The notes beneath the pieces are model-generated. The model was not told where the DNA came from. It saw nothing but the letters and a program-made list of their open reading frames with translations, and did no database searches. Positions 60,563 through 64,000 of a stretch of 64,000 bases of DNA are shown here, in pieces. The stretch's first letter is position 1. The number at the start of each line of letters is the position of its first letter. The DNA is from Gammaproteobacteria bacterium (GTDB taxonomy: Bacteria > Pseudomonadota > Gammaproteobacteria > SURF-13). The position numbers and the translations under genes were made by a program. The stretch is taken from the NCBI GenBank assembly GCA_030680605.1, contig JAUXUQ010000010.1, forward strand, positions 148,826 to 212,825. The letters are read 5' to 3'.

Positions 60563-61436
60563 GGGTGCCGCTGCGCAACTGCTGCTTGTAGTCCTGATAC
60601 AGCGCGGTCATGCGTTGCCACAGCGGGCCGGGTTTGCCATCGCCGACGGCGGTGTCATCCAGCCGGGTCACCGGCATGATTTCCTTGGTGGAGCTGGTAA
60701 GCCAGACTTCATCGGCGGTGCGCAGCTCCGCCTCGCTGATGGCGGCCTCGCGGTGGGCAATACCGGCGGCTTGCGCCAACTCCAGAACCAGGTCGCGGGT
60801 GATGCCGGGCAGCAGCAAAGGGCCTTTGGGCGGGGTGATGACGGTACCCTGGTTGACGATAAACAGGTTGCTCGCGGCGCCCTCGGTGACGGCGCCGTCA
60901 CGGATCAGGATGGCCTCCGTTGCGCCGCGTTCGACCGCCTCCTGCCGCAGCAGGATGTTGGGCAGCAGGGCAATGGCCTTGATGTGGCAGTATTTCCAGC
61001 GGATATCTGGCAGTGTGACAGCGGTAATGCCCTGCGTGGCATAGGCGTCCGGCACCGGCGGCAGCGGATTGCTCATGGCCAGCACTGTCGGCGTCACCCC
61101 GGAGGGGAAGGCATGGTCGCGCTTGGCAACGCCGCGCGTCACCTGCAGGTAGATGTACTGGTCGGGGTTGTCCGGTGTTGTATTACGGCGCAGCAGTTCG
61201 CTCAGTATCTCGTCCCACTGGGCGTGTGCGAGCGGGTTGCTGATGCGTACCCCGGCCAGGCTGTGGTCGAGGCGCGCGAGGTGTTCCGCCAGCCGAAACA
61301 GTTTCCCACCATAGGCGGGAATCACTTCGTAGACGCCGTCACCGAAGATAAAGCCGCGATCCAGCACCGGTACCGTTGCCTGGTCGAGCGGCAGAAAGCT
61401 GCCATTCAGATAAACAGTGGGGGAGGTGTTGGTCAT
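60555..61436 (-). CDS. dat: Class-IV (fold-type IV) aminotransferase, D-amino-acid transaminase-like
   Basis: 'FIFGDGVYEVIPAYGGKLFRLAEHLARL' N-terminus typical of Dat/IlvE-family fold IV. 293 aa. Confidence 0.7.
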   Translation of the reverse strand: MTNTSPTVYLNGSFLPLDQATVPVLDRGFIFGDGVYEVIPAYGGKLFRLAEHLARLDHSLAGVRISNPLAHAQWDEILSELLRRNTTPDNPDQYIYLQVTRGVAKRDHAFPSGVTPTVLAMSNPLPPVPDAYATQGITAVTLPDIRWKYCHIKAIALLPNILLRQEAVERGATEAILIRDGAVTEGAASNLFIVNQGTVITPPKGPLLLPGITRDLVLELAQAAGIAHREAAISEAELRTADEVWLTSSTKEIMPVTRLDDTAVGDGKPGPLWQRMTALYQDYKQQLRSGTHA

Positions 61437-61475
61437 AAATTTATAAGCGCCGCGCTACCTGTGCAGCACTGTCTT

Positions 61476-62654
61476 TTAATTCCACCACAAGCGGATAGTA
61501 TCGATCAGGCGGCGCCACAGGCCGCCCTGGGCGACCTCATGCAGTGCGACCAGCGGCGGCTTGGCGATCGTATCGCCTGCAAGTGATACCGTTACGTTGC
61601 CAAACGACTGGTTCTTGGCCACTGGCGCAATGAGATGCGCGTGCATGTCCATGGAGGCTGAGAGATTCCTGTATTGACCACGCGGCACGGTGACATACAG
61701 ATCGCTGTTGAGGCCAAGACGCAGTGTGCGTTCGGCACCTTTCCAGACCGGCAGGGTATAGAGCTCTTGCCCGGCGGCATACAGACGGTGGGTCTCGAAG
61801 AAGCGAAAGCCATAATTCAGAATCGCCAGGCTTTCCTGCGCGCGTGCCTTCTCGTCCTTGGTGCCGAGCACTACCGAGATCAGGCGCATACCGTCACGCA
61901 GTGCCGAGGCCACCAGGCAAAACCCGGCACTGTCGGTGTAGCCGGTCTTTACGCCGTCAACGCCCTGATCACGCCACAGCAGCTGATTGCGGTTGAACTG
62001 GGTGATGTTGTTGTAGCTGAATTCCTTGGTGGAGTACCACGCGTAATACTCGGGAAATTCCATGATGATGGCACGCGCCAGCAGTGCGATATCGTGCGCT
62101 GTGACGTAGAGCTCGGGGTCTGGTAAACCGGTACTGTTGGTGAAATGACTGTCAGTCATGCCCAGTTCTTTGGCGTGCTGGTTCATCAGCGTGGCGAAGC
62201 CAGCTTCTGTGCCCGCCACGTGTTCGGCCAGCGCCACGCTGGCATCGTTACCGGACTGAATGATCATGCCCTTGAGCAAATCCTCCAGCGAAACCCGGGT
62301 GTTCACCTTCACAAACATGCGCGAGCCTTCCGTGCGCCAGGCCTTTTCACTGATGGTGGCCTGATCGGCAAGCTTGAGCTTGCCGGCCGCGAGCTCCTTG
62401 AATACGGTGTAGGCGGTCATGAGTTTGGTCAGGCTGGCAGGCTCCATCCGTTCATCAGCATGGCTCTCCGCGATGACGCGCTGGCTGTGTACGTCGATCA
62501 GGATATGGGCACGTGCTGCAATGGCGGGTGCCGCCGGGATGGGTTGTGCCGCCGGGGCAGGCGTATCGGTGGAGGGTGCGGCCTGCACCGCATGCAGGGC
62601 GGTGAGCAGCGCAAGACTGCACAGCATACGAGTCATAGTCATCATGATAAACAA
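61476..62654 (-). CDS. dacC: D-alanyl-D-alanine carboxypeptidase (PBP5/6 family)
   Basis: Signal peptide, SxxK 'ASLTKLMT', SxN 'SGND' and KTG 'KTGYT'. Confidence 0.9.
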   Translation of the reverse strand: MFIMMTMTRMLCSLALLTALHAVQAAPSTDTPAPAAQPIPAAPAIAARAHILIDVHSQRVIAESHADERMEPASLTKLMTAYTVFKELAAGKLKLADQATISEKAWRTEGSRMFVKVNTRVSLEDLLKGMIIQSGNDASVALAEHVAGTEAGFATLMNQHAKELGMTDSHFTNSTGLPDPELYVTAHDIALLARAIIMEFPEYYAWYSTKEFSYNNITQFNRNQLLWRDQGVDGVKTGYTDSAGFCLVASALRDGMRLISVVLGTKDEKARAQESLAILNYGFRFFETHRLYAAGQELYTLPVWKGAERTLRLGLNSDLYVTVPRGQYRNLSASMDMHAHLIAPVAKNQSFGNVTVSLAGDTIAKPPLVALHEVAQGGLWRRLIDTIRLWWN

Positions 62655-62710
62655 TCGCCTTTGAGTAACATTATTGGGTGAAGCACGCAGGAGCGTTGAA
62701 TCGGGTCGCG

Positions 62711-63634
62711 TCAGTCAATCACTACCTGCGGGGTACTGAATCCGAGCTGATTGAGCATACCGCTCAGGCGGTCTGTTTCCTCGGCGCTTTGCACCGGCCC
62801 GATACGCACACGGTAAAGTGTGCCGCCGGGGCTGGGCGCTTCCGTGATCTGCACAGTTATGCTTGCCTTGCTCAGCAGCGTGTCACGCAGACGTTCGGCA
62901 TTGCCACGACTCTGAAAGGCGCCCATCTGAAGGTAGGTGGGGGCTGCAGGTGCAGACTGAGATGTCTGGGGTAAGGCAGCTATTGACCGGTCATGGGCGG
63001 CAACAGCCGTGGATGCTGGCGTGGAGACATCAATCACCCGCACCTCGACCTGGCCGGTGCCTGTATCGAGTATGCCGAGTCGGCTCGCTGCAGCATAGGA
63101 GAGATCAATCAGGCGGTCACCCACGAACGGCCCGCGATCATTGATGCGCACGATCAGCGTGCGCCCGTTGCGCAGGTTGGTGACCTGTGCATAACAGGGG
63201 ATGGGCAGCGTCTTGTGCGCGGCGGTGAAGGCGTACATGTCGTAGGGTTCGCGGCTGGAGGTGTATTGGCCGTGAAACTTGGTGCCATACCACGAGGCCG
63301 TGCCGCGCTCGACATAGCCTGTGCTGCTCTCCATGACAAAGTAGCGCTTGCCGTAAACGGTATAAGAAGGCGGGTTGCCATATCTGCTGCGTGGCTCGGG
63401 GCGCGGCACCGGCTCGGGCAGGGAGGCGAGATCGGGTGGATTCGCGGGTGCGCCATCCCGCGCGGGCCGTTCCGGCGACGACGGAGGCGCTACGACTGAC
63501 TTCGGTGCCGTGCCACAGGCAGACAGTACGGCAACCAGCAGGCAACAGACGGCCAGCGGCAAGCGGGTGGGGAAGGGGTAACTGCATGCCCCCCGGGGCG
63601 TGTAGCAGGATACAGGGTTACTGGCGTTGCGCAC
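62711..63634 (-). CDS. rlpA: Septal-ring lytic transglycosylase RlpA (DPBB + C-terminal SPOR domain), lipoprotein
   Basis: Lipobox 'LSAC', DPBB 'ASWYG...FHG', and a SPOR domain at the C-terminus. Confidence 0.85.
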   Translation of the reverse strand: MRNASNPVSCYTPRGACSYPFPTRLPLAVCCLLVAVLSACGTAPKSVVAPPSSPERPARDGAPANPPDLASLPEPVPRPEPRSRYGNPPSYTVYGKRYFVMESSTGYVERGTASWYGTKFHGQYTSSREPYDMYAFTAAHKTLPIPCYAQVTNLRNGRTLIVRINDRGPFVGDRLIDLSYAAASRLGILDTGTGQVEVRVIDVSTPASTAVAAHDRSIAALPQTSQSAPAAPTYLQMGAFQSRGNAERLRDTLLSKASITVQITEAPSPGGTLYRVRIGPVQSAEETDRLSGMLNQLGFSTPQVVID

Positions 63635-64000
63635 GAATCTCCTGGCTCAACTGGTAGACAGCCATGGCATAAAGGGCGCTGATATTATAACGGGTAATCG
63701 CATAAAAATTCTGCATACCTACCCAATATTCCAGGCCATTGTTGCCTTCGAGCTCCAGCAGCGTGCCGCGAACGATGCCCGAGCCGGGTGTAGGCGCGGG
63801 GTCGGTAGCATCAAGTGTAACGCCGTACCGGGACAGTTGGTCGATGCCCATCTCTGGCTTGAGTCCCGCATCAAGCAGGAGGGTGTATTTGTCGCCCTGT
63901 ACCCGGGCCCGGTTCGCAATGGGTGCGCCGGGCTGCCAGCCATGCACGCTGAGATAGTTGGCGACACTGCCGATCACATCGTCAACACTGCCCCACAAAT
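63618..64000 (-). CDS. mltB: Lytic murein transglycosylase B, C-terminal part (gene continues beyond the window)
   Basis: C-terminal MltB/SltB1 motif 'YWVGMQNFYAITRYNISALYAMAVYQLSQEI'. Confidence 0.8.
   Translation of the reverse strand, partial: LWGSVDDVIGSVANYLSVHGWQPGAPIANRARVQGDKYTLLLDAGLKPEMGIDQLSRYGVTLDATDPAPTPGSGIVRGTLLELEGNNGLEYWVGMQNFYAITRYNISALYAMAVYQLSQEIRAQRQ

Noticed and set aside
60546-61586. 346-aa plus-strand ORF antisense to the class-IV aminotransferase
   Set aside because: Shadow ORF.
1-64000. Searched for CRISPR arrays, transposases/integrases, rRNA or tRNA genes
   Set aside because: No regularly spaced direct repeats, no recognisable transposase or integrase ORFs, and no rRNA- or tRNA-like sequences were seen. 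The window appears to be core chromosome.

Overview
A high-GC (~65%) gammaproteobacterial chromosomal window with Pseudomonas-like synteny (PA0392-PA0415 order). Several inserted or unusual loci are also present.

Feature order, left to right:
- Partial fleS, fleR and fliEFGHIJ (flagellar two-component system plus MS-ring, switch and export genes).
- A convergent AT-rich gap, then yggT-proC-yggS.
- pilT-pilU (twitching retraction ATPases).
- A long minus-strand run: PyrK-like oxidoreductase, pyrC' (inactive dihydroorotase), pyrB, pyrR, ruvX, yqgE/algH, tonB.
- An inserted Gx-transporter / NusG-domain-II (DUF1312) / ApbE triad, then gshB and a glutamate--cysteine ligase of the rare A. ferrooxidans-type family.
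- The Pil-Chp chemosensory cluster: pilG, pilH, pilI, pilJ, a gap where the pilK/cheR methyltransferase should be, chpA (~1690 aa), chpB, chpC.
- purD, purH, fis, dusB, soxZ, soxY, bepA-like M48/TPR protease, a large membrane protein, psiE, plsY, folB, folK, a pteridine-reductase-like SDR, a MidA-like methyltransferase, cca, an NAD-dependent epimerase, slt, an aldehyde dehydrogenase, TauE/SafE, an SDR.
- lplT, an inserted Tat-amidohydrolase, aas, an ArsR-family regulator, lipA, lipB, a class-IV (D-amino-acid) aminotransferase, dacC, rlpA and partial mltB.

No rRNA, tRNA, CRISPR array or transposase was recognised.

Most notable observations:
- A duplicated junction element with inverted GTGGCGAG heptamer arrays brackets the start codons of both gshB and apbE.
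- A flavinylation-associated triad is inserted into an otherwise conserved neighbourhood.
- The Pil-Chp system lacks its methyltransferase and has a ChpB with a degenerate receiver domain.
- A 540-bp AT-rich convergent intergenic island carries a 23-bp perfect palindrome and an intrinsic terminator.

All calls rest on reading the six-frame translations and motifs by eye. No database search was run.
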